A DNA stretch of 64,000 bases from Candidatus Latescibacterota bacterium (GTDB lineage: Bacteria; Latescibacterota; UBA2968; UBA8231): contig OY730476.1 of the NCBI GenBank assembly GCA_963422735.1, positions 2,592,001 through 2,656,000 on the forward strand, in the 5' to 3' direction. The notes beneath the pieces are model-generated. The model was not told the DNA's origin. It ran no database searches and saw only the letters and a program-made list of their open reading frames with translations. Both the position numbers and the translations under genes were made by a program. This document shows, piece by piece, positions 8,645 through 18,090 of the stretch (the first letter of the stretch is position 1; each line of letters opens with the position of its first letter).

Positions 8645-11356
8645 ATGCTGATCTGCCATATTTGCAGCACTCTAATGCGCGGTATTAGTCTAGCTACCAT
8701 AGTTTGCTCCTTATTCTCGTCCACGTTAGCTTTCGACACCGACGCGCAAGCCCAAGATGTCGATCCGGCGCGTATAAAAGGTGTGCGCCGGGGGGCCGAA
8801 CTCACTTTTGAACCAACCGGGTCCGGCGTGCTGTTTGGGGCCTTGGACCCGGCGGTCAAAAAGTGGTACGCACCCCAAGAACTTTTCCTAGAATACCGTT
8901 GGAAACAGTGGGAATACACCAACTACGCAAGGGACCACTACAATCGCTATGTGGATATCAATTTAGCCGGAGATTACTTCTACGATATTTACGGTTCTTA
9001 CATCACTAGGGGGTGGTTGGTCTACGACTGGTCCCAGACGCAGCCCCAGCAAGGGGGCAGCAATTTATTCAAGACCGAGAGATTCCAAAACTTTTTCAGC
9101 AATTTGGTCATTGCTTCTGATCAGAAGGGGCAACATAACTTGGCCATAACCATAGGCAATGAGATCCGCTCGACCCTTACCCCAATGACCTTCTCAAAGC
9201 CAGCCTTGGACGGAATCCAGGTGGACTACCAAGCCGATAAATACCAGGTCACGACGATCCTTTCTCGGATCTCTTCTCCCGGCGGAGCCGGTACTCGCAA
9301 CCCTGCGGTCAACCAAACAACCAGCCTGACAACGCTGATGGGTGGGCGGGCCATTGCCCAAGTGGGCGATTTCATCAGCATCGGGGCCAACTATGTAAGT
9401 GCCCACAATTCCTTCCAACTCTTGGACGCCTTTGAAGGAACCCCTAGAAGTGGTTCGATCACTTCTAGTCAAAACGCTGAAAATATCACCCAGCTTTTCG
9501 TCCGTCTGACCGACGATTCGCCCGAAGATAACGAAGGCGGTGCTACCCTCTTCGCTTGGGATATGATCATAGAAGCCGAAGTCGAAATCATTGATGAAGA
9601 GGGAGAAAGGGCGTTTAGGCGAGAGGTTATCCGGGCCAGCGAAGCCGGTCTCAAACCCTCGCCCCAGGGCGGCTTTCAGCGCTTGGGTTTCTGGGAAGCC
9701 AGCGGCTCTGAGCAGATCGAATTAGTATACGATTTTTCCGAGGGAACCTACATTGGCCCCGACCCCTCGGAGATAAGAAGAGTGACTTTTGAACTGGTGG
9801 TTGCCAACGACTACAGAATCGAAGTGTCTTCGAACCGCCAGACTAACCGGCAAAACAGCAACGTGTTTCTGCTGGCGGCCAGATCCCAAGAAAATGTCAA
9901 AGATGGCTCCAATCTCAGAGTCCTCAAGATCCCGTACGGTTTGCCGACCGCCACCGAAATTTTCGGTTTCACTCTGGAGGCGAACAATCTTGGGGGGCTT
10001 GATTTCTACGGCGAATTCGACCGCAGTAGGAGTTACCGAAAATACCCCAATAGGCAGCATACAAAACACCTATCGGCTTTTGACCAAGGTGATGGCTGGA
10101 TGGTGAATCTGTCGAAAACCGCTCAGCCGTGGTTCTTTTTTGGCGAGGCTTACAGTATGGACCACAATTATAATACAAGCGCTATCTTGGCCCGGGGCGA
10201 GATCAACATAGATTACGAGGATCGGACGAGATTCTACTACGAACTCGTCGACGACAACGACGATCAGGATCGTTTCCCCGATTGGCAGAGGATAAACGAA
10301 AGCATAGACCTGAACGTATTTCCCGGCTTAGATGAGAACGTCGATTTTATCTCCGATTTCAATCAAAATGATAGCGAAGATCTGCCCAACTTAGTGCCCG
10401 ACTACGACGAGCCCTTTCTGCGCTATTCTACGGACCGACCCGAATATCTATTCGGCATAGATATGAACAACAATATATGGATAGACCGGTTCGAAAACGA
10501 CGATGAAGCAGATTTTCCCTATGGTAGGGATTTAAGCGGGTATAATCTTTATGCGGGCGTCAATATTACTCCAGAGGTGAGGTTGACCGTCGGCCGCACC
10601 GACGAAAGCCTCATTGCCGGCGATGGAGAAAACACTACCCATTATTTGCTTTTTACGCTGGAAAAGGACTACCCCGGCCTAGGCCGGGTGAGGATTTTTG
10701 AGAATTTTAGGCTGGCTAAGGACAATATAGAGAATGACCTTCGCCAGTGGGACGAATTCGAGAGGCGCAACGTCCCTACCATTGATCCTCTGGCGGCCCG
10801 GAATACGTGGATAAATTCGTCCTATATAAGCTTCAACTATACCAAGCTGAAGAATCTAAACCTCGTCAACAAGCTAAAATACGACCGCTGGCATCAAAGG
10901 GAGAAACAACCCGACTTGCGACGGGACTTCGTTTTTGTGGGCCTAATCAATAAAGTGGACTATGTTCTCAAATTCGTTAATCTCGATATCCAGCCAAAAA
11001 TTAAAAACGAACTGAGGATAGAGTCTCCAGCGCTTAAATCAGATCCCAAACGCAAGGAGGACACCCTGATTTTCTCTTTACTAGCTCGGTGGCCATTGTT
11101 TAATAACTCCACTATGCAGGCAGGCGTGGAGTATACCGTTTTCCAGCAGCTCAGGGATGCAGATAAGGCGGTCAAAGAAGGACTGCTGGACGACTTCAGT
11201 GAAATTGTGGGTGCGGCCCAGTTCTCCAATAATTCAAACTACTTGGGCTACAGTTTGACAACCCTGATGGGACTCAGGCTGACCAGAAGAGCCATAGACA
11301 ACGAAACCGAAACGGGCAGAATGGCTTTTGCTACGGTATTTGCCGGTTTGGACTAA
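8645..11356 (+). CDS. large secreted, probably outer-membrane protein of unknown function with Asp/Asn-rich Ca-binding-like loops
   Basis: 903-aa ORF; signal-like N-terminus; DDNDDQDRFPD, DENVDFISDFNQND and DMNNNIWID motifs; amphipathic beta-strand pattern in the C-terminal third. Confidence 0.6.
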   Translation: MLICHICSTLMRGISLATIVCSLFSSTLAFDTDAQAQDVDPARIKGVRRGAELTFEPTGSGVLFGALDPAVKKWYAPQELFLEYRWKQWEYTNYARDHYNRYVDINLAGDYFYDIYGSYITRGWLVYDWSQTQPQQGGSNLFKTERFQNFFSNLVIASDQKGQHNLAITIGNEIRSTLTPMTFSKPALDGIQVDYQADKYQVTTILSRISSPGGAGTRNPAVNQTTSLTTLMGGRAIAQVGDFISIGANYVSAHNSFQLLDAFEGTPRSGSITSSQNAENITQLFVRLTDDSPEDNEGGATLFAWDMIIEAEVEIIDEEGERAFRREVIRASEAGLKPSPQGGFQRLGFWEASGSEQIELVYDFSEGTYIGPDPSEIRRVTFELVVANDYRIEVSSNRQTNRQNSNVFLLAARSQENVKDGSNLRVLKIPYGLPTATEIFGFTLEANNLGGLDFYGEFDRSRSYRKYPNRQHTKHLSAFDQGDGWMVNLSKTAQPWFFFGEAYSMDHNYNTSAILARGEINIDYEDRTRFYYELVDDNDDQDRFPDWQRINESIDLNVFPGLDENVDFISDFNQNDSEDLPNLVPDYDEPFLRYSTDRPEYLFGIDMNNNIWIDRFENDDEADFPYGRDLSGYNLYAGVNITPEVRLTVGRTDESLIAGDGENTTHYLLFTLEKDYPGLGRVRIFENFRLAKDNIENDLRQWDEFERRNVPTIDPLAARNTWINSSYISFNYTKLKNLNLVNKLKYDRWHQREKQPDLRRDFVFVGLINKVDYVLKFVNLDIQPKIKNELRIESPALKSDPKRKEDTLIFSLLARWPLFNNSTMQAGVEYTVFQQLRDADKAVKEGLLDDFSEIVGAAQFSNNSNYLGYSLTTLMGLRLTRRAIDNETETGRMAFATVFAGLD

Positions 11357-11395
11357 TCTACCAGTGCGTAGGAATGCAGAGGAGATCTGAGCTGA

Positions 11396-13060
11396 ATGCC
11401 AAGAGAGATAACTGTATTTGTGCTTTTATTACTCGCGATTTTAACCGTGCTCATGGGTTGCACAGTGGAAATGGGAGACCGGGTCGTCGCTCAGATAGGT
11501 GATGAGGAGATAACGGTTGACCAGTTGCGAAAATTTATGGATGGCCTCCCCGAATACGCCAAGGCGGAGCGCACTGGGATAGAAGAAGCGAGGAATCATT
11601 TGAACACCATGATCAATATCGAACTGCTGATCATGGAGGCGAAGGCGGCCGACCTCGACGAAAGCCCTGAACTTCGCGCCCGGCTAGAAAGGGGCCGGCT
11701 GGAAAAGTTGGTCAGCATTTTCCAAGATAGGGCACTGGAAGTGGAAGAGGAAGTAGAGGAAAGCGAAGTGCGGGGATACGCTGAACGCATGGGGTTCACT
11801 AGAGCGGTCAGATTAGCCGATATAATGGTTTCCAGCCGAGAAAATGCCTTGGCTGCCCTTAGGGAACTCAAAAATGGGGTTCCTTTTGGGCAAGTTGCCA
11901 AAAAATGGTCCATAAACGAAAAAACCTCGGCCCAAGGCGGGGACTTGGGCCGTTATACCACCCGAGAACACATGATCACGCCCCTTCAGGACAAGCTATT
12001 TTCCCTTGCCTTGGGCGAAGTCTCCGAGCCCATAAAAATTGGTGGGCACTATTCGATTTTCACGATCATAGCCGATTCTACCATCGAACTCAGTCCTCAG
12101 AGAAGGCTGGCGATCCAAATGGGACTAAAAAAGGAGAAAAATCAGCGAGCGCGATCGATTTTAGTTGCTGAACTCAAGGAAAAATACCACCTCGAATTGG
12201 ATCGGGAAGGTCTCGCTCTCATTGTCGAAAAGTTACGTGGCGGTACATCTTTTGCCACGGAGACTGAACGCAATGTAGTTCTCTATCGGTACGACGGCGG
12301 AGAAATAACCGCTCAAGACTTGGCAGAAGCTGGCCGCGTCCTAAAAGGCAATGCCTTGGCCCAACTCAGCGACTCCAGCCAAGTGATCGCTTTTGCCGAG
12401 CACCATGTCGTGCCCAATGCGATGCTCTTGGAAGCGGCCCTGCGTGCTGGTATAGACGAGGAAGCAGAGATGATCGAGTGGTCGGAAAATCAGGCAAAGC
12501 AATTTTTGCTACAGGCCCTCAGGGCGCGAGTCCTAAGAGCTAAAGTGACCATCGCTGAGAACGAGTTACGCCAATTTTACGAGGCGCATGCGGAAAGGTA
12601 TCTGCACCCCGAGCAAATCGAAGTACAGGAGATTCTGGTAGAGACGAAGGCCGAGGCACTGAGGTTGATGGAGCAGATCCAAAAAGGGGCCCCATTAGGC
12701 GATTTGGCCAAGAAGTATTCTATTCGGTCGCTAGAGGATCGGGATGAAGAGGGCCGATTCCACTTCCACCTTTTCGAAAAGGACTTTTTCGGCGGTTTTG
12801 TAGAAGTTGCCGAAAAAGCCGAGATAGGAGCGCTCACCGGTCCGGCCAAGGTCAATGAGGGTTATTCCATATTTAAGGTGCTTTCTAGGGAGCGCAAGCG
12901 GGAGACTTTTGAGGAGGCTGAGTGGAGAGTCCGGTCCCAACTTAAAAGAAAAAAAAACAAAAAGGCCTTTAATCAGTTTATCGAAGAAGTGTGGAACAAA
13001 TACGCAGCGAAAGTGGTTGTTCGGGAGGATAACCTCAAAGCCGCTTTCGGGAAGGGGTAG
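11396..13060 (+). CDS. parvulin (PpiC/SurA/PrsA-like) peptidyl-prolyl isomerase lipoprotein
   Basis: Lipobox LMG|C; VVAQIGDEEIT; two parvulin motifs (FGQVAKKWS...QGGDLG; LGDLAKKYS). Confidence 0.85.
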   Translation: MPREITVFVLLLLAILTVLMGCTVEMGDRVVAQIGDEEITVDQLRKFMDGLPEYAKAERTGIEEARNHLNTMINIELLIMEAKAADLDESPELRARLERGRLEKLVSIFQDRALEVEEEVEESEVRGYAERMGFTRAVRLADIMVSSRENALAALRELKNGVPFGQVAKKWSINEKTSAQGGDLGRYTTREHMITPLQDKLFSLALGEVSEPIKIGGHYSIFTIIADSTIELSPQRRLAIQMGLKKEKNQRARSILVAELKEKYHLELDREGLALIVEKLRGGTSFATETERNVVLYRYDGGEITAQDLAEAGRVLKGNALAQLSDSSQVIAFAEHHVVPNAMLLEAALRAGIDEEAEMIEWSENQAKQFLLQALRARVLRAKVTIAENELRQFYEAHAERYLHPEQIEVQEILVETKAEALRLMEQIQKGAPLGDLAKKYSIRSLEDRDEEGRFHFHLFEKDFFGGFVEVAEKAEIGALTGPAKVNEGYSIFKVLSRERKRETFEEAEWRVRSQLKRKKNKKAFNQFIEEVWNKYAAKVVVREDNLKAAFGKG

Positions 13061-13072
13061 GGGCCCATAGTC

Positions 13073-14764
13073 CTACTCTGCGTAGAGGTTGGCTCCCATC
13101 TCCATAAAGGCGTAGGGGCCGTTTTGGCGGACCACCAGCAGCTTATTGGCCGGTGCCGATGGTACTGTTTGACGGGAGCCGTCGGGCCAAGTGATCTCCA
13201 CTTCATCTGCCCCTTCCGCCCCACCCAAGCCGAAGAACACACGCATATCGTTGTAGGAGAGATAGCTGGAAGCACCGTTGGCCGTGCGCCACTGGGATCG
13301 GCCGCCGGCCAGCAAACGGACCTTGGCACCCACGGCATCGCGATTGGGGCCACGGCCCAAGAGTTGGACTACGAGCCAGTTGTTGGTGGGAGTGAAATCG
13401 TTGCGCAGCAGGGTGGCTGCCTCATCCAAATTGACGACAAAAATGTCTATATCGCCGTCGTTGTCGTAGTCGCCAAAACTGGCACCGCGGCTGACTCTTT
13501 TAAGGTCCATTCCCGGGCCAGCTGTAGCTCCTATATCGATTAAACGGTCGCAACCTTCGTTGCGGATTAGCTGATTGCGCTGGGGGTAGGAAGTGCTCGC
13601 AATAGTGCTAGCTACCTGCGGATAGACATGACCGTTAGCGACGAATAGATCCAAGTCGCCGTCCCTGTCATAATCGAAGAATTGGGTGCCCCACCCCAGC
13701 ATACCAAGTGTAGGTTCTTCTAGACCGATATAGGCCGTTATATCTTTGAAATGGCCCTCCCCGTCGTTGCGGTAGAAGGTATTACTCTCGCGAAAGAAAT
13801 GGGTTATATAGAGGTCGAGGTCCCCGTCGGCGTCATAGTCTCCGCCGCTGACCCCCATACCCGCCTCTTCTTCACCGTATTCGTTATATGCGATGCCGGC
13901 CTTGAGGCCAATTTCGCTAAAGGTGCCATCGCGGTTGTTGTCGAAGAGTACATTGGGAGTTGCGTCGTTGGCCACGAAGAGATCGGTGTCGCCATCGTTG
14001 TCGAAGTCTTCGGGCAGTACACCCAACCCGTAGTAGCGGTTGGCCCAGGAGATACCCGAGGGACGGGTGACGTCGGTGAAGGTATTGTCTCCGTTGTTGC
14101 GGTAGAACAGGTCGGCGGCTCCAAGTAGGCCTTGGGGACCGCAGAAGATATCGATTCCCTCGTAGGTGCAGGCCTTATCCGGAGGAGAGTCAAAATCGTA
14201 GACTAGGTAATTGGCGACGTATAGGTCGAGATCACCATCGCCATCGTAATCAAAAAAAGCGGCGCTGGAGCTATAATCGTTCCCTGCTACCCCAGTGGAA
14301 ATGTCCACAAAGGTACCGTTGCCTCGGTTGCGGTAGAGGATATTGGAACCGTAATTGGTCACGTAAAGATCGCGGTACCCATCACCGTCAATGTCGCCCA
14401 CGGTGCATCCCATGCCCCAACTGCGGTCCCCGACGCTGGCTGGTAAGGCCACATCAGCAAAAGTGCCGTTGCCTCGGTTGCGGTAGAGGACATTGCCTGG
14501 TCCGGATTTTTGCCGGTAGGTATTGATAGTAGCGCCGTTGACCGCGTATAGGTCGAGGTCGCCATCGTTATCGTAGTCAAAAAAAGCAGCCCCTCCGCCG
14601 GAGGTTTCGACAATGTGCTTTTTATTATGTCCGCCGGCCACGTATTGGAAGGTGATGTGCGCCTCCTCCGTTTGGTCGGTGAATTGGGGTAGAACAGATT
14701 CCGGCAGCAGCACGGCCAGCACTAGGGCAAAGGCAAGGGCTTGGCGGTAATAAAAAAAGTCCAT
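13073..14764 (-). CDS. CRTAC1/ASPIC-UnbV family protein
   Basis: Signal peptide, about seven DYDNDGDLDL repeats, C-terminal NRDAVGAKV...SYLSYND...FFGLG...WPDG. Confidence 0.9.
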   Translation of the reverse strand: MDFFYYRQALAFALVLAVLLPESVLPQFTDQTEEAHITFQYVAGGHNKKHIVETSGGGAAFFDYDNDGDLDLYAVNGATINTYRQKSGPGNVLYRNRGNGTFADVALPASVGDRSWGMGCTVGDIDGDGYRDLYVTNYGSNILYRNRGNGTFVDISTGVAGNDYSSSAAFFDYDGDGDLDLYVANYLVYDFDSPPDKACTYEGIDIFCGPQGLLGAADLFYRNNGDNTFTDVTRPSGISWANRYYGLGVLPEDFDNDGDTDLFVANDATPNVLFDNNRDGTFSEIGLKAGIAYNEYGEEEAGMGVSGGDYDADGDLDLYITHFFRESNTFYRNDGEGHFKDITAYIGLEEPTLGMLGWGTQFFDYDRDGDLDLFVANGHVYPQVASTIASTSYPQRNQLIRNEGCDRLIDIGATAGPGMDLKRVSRGASFGDYDNDGDIDIFVVNLDEAATLLRNDFTPTNNWLVVQLLGRGPNRDAVGAKVRLLAGGRSQWRTANGASSYLSYNDMRVFFGLGGAEGADEVEITWPDGSRQTVPSAPANKLLVVRQNGPYAFMEMGANLYAE

Positions 14765-14938
14765 ACACTCATCGCTGTAGAGGTGAATTAAGCAGATAAT
14801 GGTAGTATGGATAGGGAATTATAGGTCTTAGCCTTTGCTGCGGCAAGGACAGGGGACCGTAGGATGTGGATGGTAGTTTTGCGACTTTTTTATTAAAAAG
14901 TCATATACTCTCGCCATTCATGGATCCAGAGGTGCGGA

Positions 14939-15733
14939 ATGAGGCAGATTTTTGCCGTCCTAATGATGGGCATCACGTGCGCGGCTGCGGGGCGATCCGA
15001 GAACATTGTTGTGGAGCTTCGCGATGGAGTCGCGATGGAATTTGTGTGGATCGAACCAGGTACTTTTCTGATGGGGTCGCCAACCTCAGCCCCTACACGG
15101 GGCGAAGACGAAGGCCCACAGCACGAGGTTTCGATAAGCAAGGGATTCTACTTGGGTATATTTGAGATTACCCAAGCCCAGTGGGTTGCGGTGATGGGGA
15201 CAGCGCCGTGGACCCGGCGCAAGTACGTACAGGCCAAGCCGAATCGCCCGGCAGTCTATATCTCGTGGATCGATATGCAGGAATTCCTCCGTCGCTTGAA
15301 CGAAGCCGCCGATGGGGATTTGTATCGCCTGCCCACCGAAGCCGAGTGGGAATACGCCTGCCGGGCAGGGACCGCGACGAGCCGTTCCTTCGGGGATGAC
15401 GAAAGCCAGTTGGGCGACTATGCGTGGTACATAGGAAACGTGGGTGAAGCAGAGGGGAAATTTGCCCAGCCGGTGGGTTCAAAGCAGCCGAATTCGTGGG
15501 GTCTGTACGACATGCATGGCAATGTATGGGAGTGGGTGCAAGACTGGTACTACAACGTCTATTCAAGCACCAAACAGGTGGATCCTACAGGAGTTGCTTC
15601 GGGCTCTACCCGCGTTATGCGCGGAGGTGGTTTTGTCAATCACGCCCGCAACGTACGGTCGGCCAAACGCTTCAGCTTTGATCCTTCGCTCCGCTACTGT
15701 GCTATTGGAGCACGCCTAGTGATGAGAAAATAA
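14939..15733 (+). CDS. FGE-sulfatase (SUMF1) domain protein, probably non-catalytic
   Basis: FLMGS, RLPTEAEWEYACRAG, NSWGLYDMHGNVWEW, RVMRGG; lacks the CxxxxC of true FGE. Confidence 0.9.
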   Translation: MRQIFAVLMMGITCAAAGRSENIVVELRDGVAMEFVWIEPGTFLMGSPTSAPTRGEDEGPQHEVSISKGFYLGIFEITQAQWVAVMGTAPWTRRKYVQAKPNRPAVYISWIDMQEFLRRLNEAADGDLYRLPTEAEWEYACRAGTATSRSFGDDESQLGDYAWYIGNVGEAEGKFAQPVGSKQPNSWGLYDMHGNVWEWVQDWYYNVYSSTKQVDPTGVASGSTRVMRGGGFVNHARNVRSAKRFSFDPSLRYCAIGARLVMRK

Positions 15734-15809
15734 ACAGCCTCTCTTTATTGCTCAAACGACTTATCCATTAGTTAAAATACGACTATATGACAATCCATAG
15801 AGATGAATA

Positions 15810-17798
15810 TTGAAGAAGAGATTTCCGCTCCAATCCCGCATGTGGAGAAAAAAACACCAGCCGACCTACGGAGACTTTAAAGGTATCTCGACTCGGGCCA
15901 TCTTACTGGGAGCGGTACTGGCTTTTCTGCTAAATCTACTCGACGCCTATGCTACGACCCTCATCCGAGGTTCGTATTTAACCCTGAATTTCAGCACTCC
16001 AGCGGCCTTATTCTTTTTCTTTTTTGTCGTACTTACCAGTGCCTTGGTTGCCTGTCTCCACCGGCCCTTGGCCTTGAACCAAGCCGAGTTGGTAACCATT
16101 TATATCATGCTAGTGGTGGCTTGCTGTGTTCCCGGCATGGGTTTCACCCAGTTCATCATACCCTGCTTGCTGGGCTCCACCTACTATGCCACACCCGAGA
16201 ACAACTGGGATTTTCTCTACAACCAGTACATCCCCAGCTGGATGATTCCCCGAGGCGAGAACGCGGCGCGTTTTTTCTTTGAAGGTCTGCCCGAAGGCGA
16301 GGCTATCCCTTGGGGCATCTGGGTCGTACCTCTGAGTTTCTGGTACGGGTTTTTTCTGGTACTCAGCTTCGCCATGATCTGTACCATGGTCATTCTACGT
16401 CGCCAGTGGATGGACCGAGAAAAGCTGGTCTATCCACTGGTCCAAGTGCCCATGGAGATGATCGGTCGAGAAAAAGAGAGAATGGTCGGTCGGTCGTTTT
16501 TCACTAACAAAGCCATGTGGGTCGGTTTTGCTGTATCATCCATTCTGCTCAGTGTCAATGGCCTGCACTCCTACTTTCCGACCTTTCCGCAGATCACTAA
16601 AACCTTCGTATTGCCCTTGTTCCGCGATACGGTCGGCCTGAATTTCTGGTTTAGTCCGCCTTGGACAGGTTTTTTCTACTTCGTCAACCTCGATATCACG
16701 GCTTCAATCTGGATATTCTACATCCTCACCACTGTCCAGCGGGGCATCTTCAATATCGTCGGCCTGCAGAGCACACAGCGGATCGATTTCTACTCTATCG
16801 AACCTTTCTTGGCCCACCAGGGTATGGGCTCTATGATAGTCTTTGTGCTGGTGGGGTTGTGGGTGGGACGCGGCCATCTACAAGATGTATACCGCAAAGC
16901 CTTCCATGGCGACGAAGAAGTCGACGACAGTGGCGAAATTCTATCCTACCGACAGGCCCTTTTCGGACTGGTAGCGGCACTTGCCCTAGTGGTGGTTGGC
17001 CTATGCATGATGGGACTAACTTTTCCCACGGCACTGTTATTCCTCTTTGGTGCCATGATGCTGTTTATAGGGCTAACTCGGGTAGTGGCCGAAGGGGGCA
17101 TCCCGGCCATGCGGCCCCCCATCATGACTTCGAGCTTTGTCATTTCGGGGGCCGGTGCCTCGGCCTTGGGTGCTTCGGGTCTGGTGGCCTTGGGCTTTTC
17201 CTACGGGTGGCATTCCGAAGTACGCTCTTTTGTCATGGCGTCTGTAGCCAACGGGCTGAAGATGGGTGAGATTATAATCGGTTCCAAGCGCCGGCTATTG
17301 TGGGCCGTGGTCATTGCCATTGTAGTCAGTCTGGTCGGTTCGTCGTATATGACCTTAGTGTTGGCCTATAAATATGGGGGCATCAATCTCAATCCGCTCT
17401 TTTTTGTGGGGCAGGCCCCCACTTTCGGTCCTCGGGATATGGCTCCGCGAATCGCCACAGAGCTGCCCGGCCCAAGACTGGACGCTTGGCTGTTTATGGG
17501 CATTGGTGGGGGAGTGATGGCTCTGCTGATGTGGGCGCGGCACCAGTTCGTCTGGTGGCCGCTCAATCCCCTCGGCTATACCATCAGTGCCAACTGGAAG
17601 ACGGGACATATCTTTGGTAGCGCCTTTCTTGCTTGGCTCCTCAAACTGTTGATTCTGCGCTATGGCGGTCCCAAGCTATACCGAAATTTGCGACCATTTT
17701 TTCTCGGCCTGATCTTGGGCGAGATCGTAACGGCGGGCGGATGGTTAGTGCTGGATTATATAACCGGACACATGGGGAGCTTTCTCACGCAGATCTAA
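15810..17798 (+). CDS. DUF6785/DUF6784-type (OPT-related) polytopic membrane protein
   Basis: Many TM segments; WMDREKLVYPL, WWPLNPLG, YRNLRPFFLGLILG. Start may be ATG 15840. Confidence 0.75.
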   Translation: MKKRFPLQSRMWRKKHQPTYGDFKGISTRAILLGAVLAFLLNLLDAYATTLIRGSYLTLNFSTPAALFFFFFVVLTSALVACLHRPLALNQAELVTIYIMLVVACCVPGMGFTQFIIPCLLGSTYYATPENNWDFLYNQYIPSWMIPRGENAARFFFEGLPEGEAIPWGIWVVPLSFWYGFFLVLSFAMICTMVILRRQWMDREKLVYPLVQVPMEMIGREKERMVGRSFFTNKAMWVGFAVSSILLSVNGLHSYFPTFPQITKTFVLPLFRDTVGLNFWFSPPWTGFFYFVNLDITASIWIFYILTTVQRGIFNIVGLQSTQRIDFYSIEPFLAHQGMGSMIVFVLVGLWVGRGHLQDVYRKAFHGDEEVDDSGEILSYRQALFGLVAALALVVVGLCMMGLTFPTALLFLFGAMMLFIGLTRVVAEGGIPAMRPPIMTSSFVISGAGASALGASGLVALGFSYGWHSEVRSFVMASVANGLKMGEIIIGSKRRLLWAVVIAIVVSLVGSSYMTLVLAYKYGGINLNPLFFVGQAPTFGPRDMAPRIATELPGPRLDAWLFMGIGGGVMALLMWARHQFVWWPLNPLGYTISANWKTGHIFGSAFLAWLLKLLILRYGGPKLYRNLRPFFLGLILGEIVTAGGWLVLDYITGHMGSFLTQI

Positions 17799-17974
17799 GA
17801 AAATCCTCCTCTGCCCGGCATGGCAGCACATAGGCCCTAGCCCCTCAAGGCCCTTTGGGTTCTATTGACCGCGCAGATATTCGTCTGATTTGGCCGCATT
17901 GGGGGACCAGTACCTCATGTCCAACCTCCCTTGTTTATGGCTTCTTCAACTAAAACGAGGAAAATATAGAATTT

Positions 17975-18085
17975 GGGCACACTCCTGATTGTTGCCCGGC
18001 GAGTACTCCGCCACCACCGGCAGCACGACGGCTTTATCGACGCCGCATTCGTCCATATTGGAGGTCGGTGCCGAGGCTGGGATTG
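17975..18085 (-). pseudogene. amidohydrolase (Amidohydro_2) N-terminal remnant
   Basis: Minus strand reads ...NMDECGVDKAVVLPVVAEYSPGNNQECA, the MDxxGVDxAV motif, and breaks off at the AT-rich block boundary. Confidence 0.55.
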
Positions 18086-18090
18086 GTGGT

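Noticed and set aside
13073-14764. Repeated DNA words (e.g. CCGTTGCCTCGGTTGCGGTAGAGGA) as a repeat element
   Set aside because: They encode the internal FG-GAP propeller repeats (LYRNRGNGTF).
14939-15733. FGE-domain gene as a diversity-generating retroelement target or true formylglycine-generating enzyme
   Set aside because: I saw no reverse transcriptase or template repeat in the window. The catalytic Cys pair is absent and no sulfatase is adjacent.
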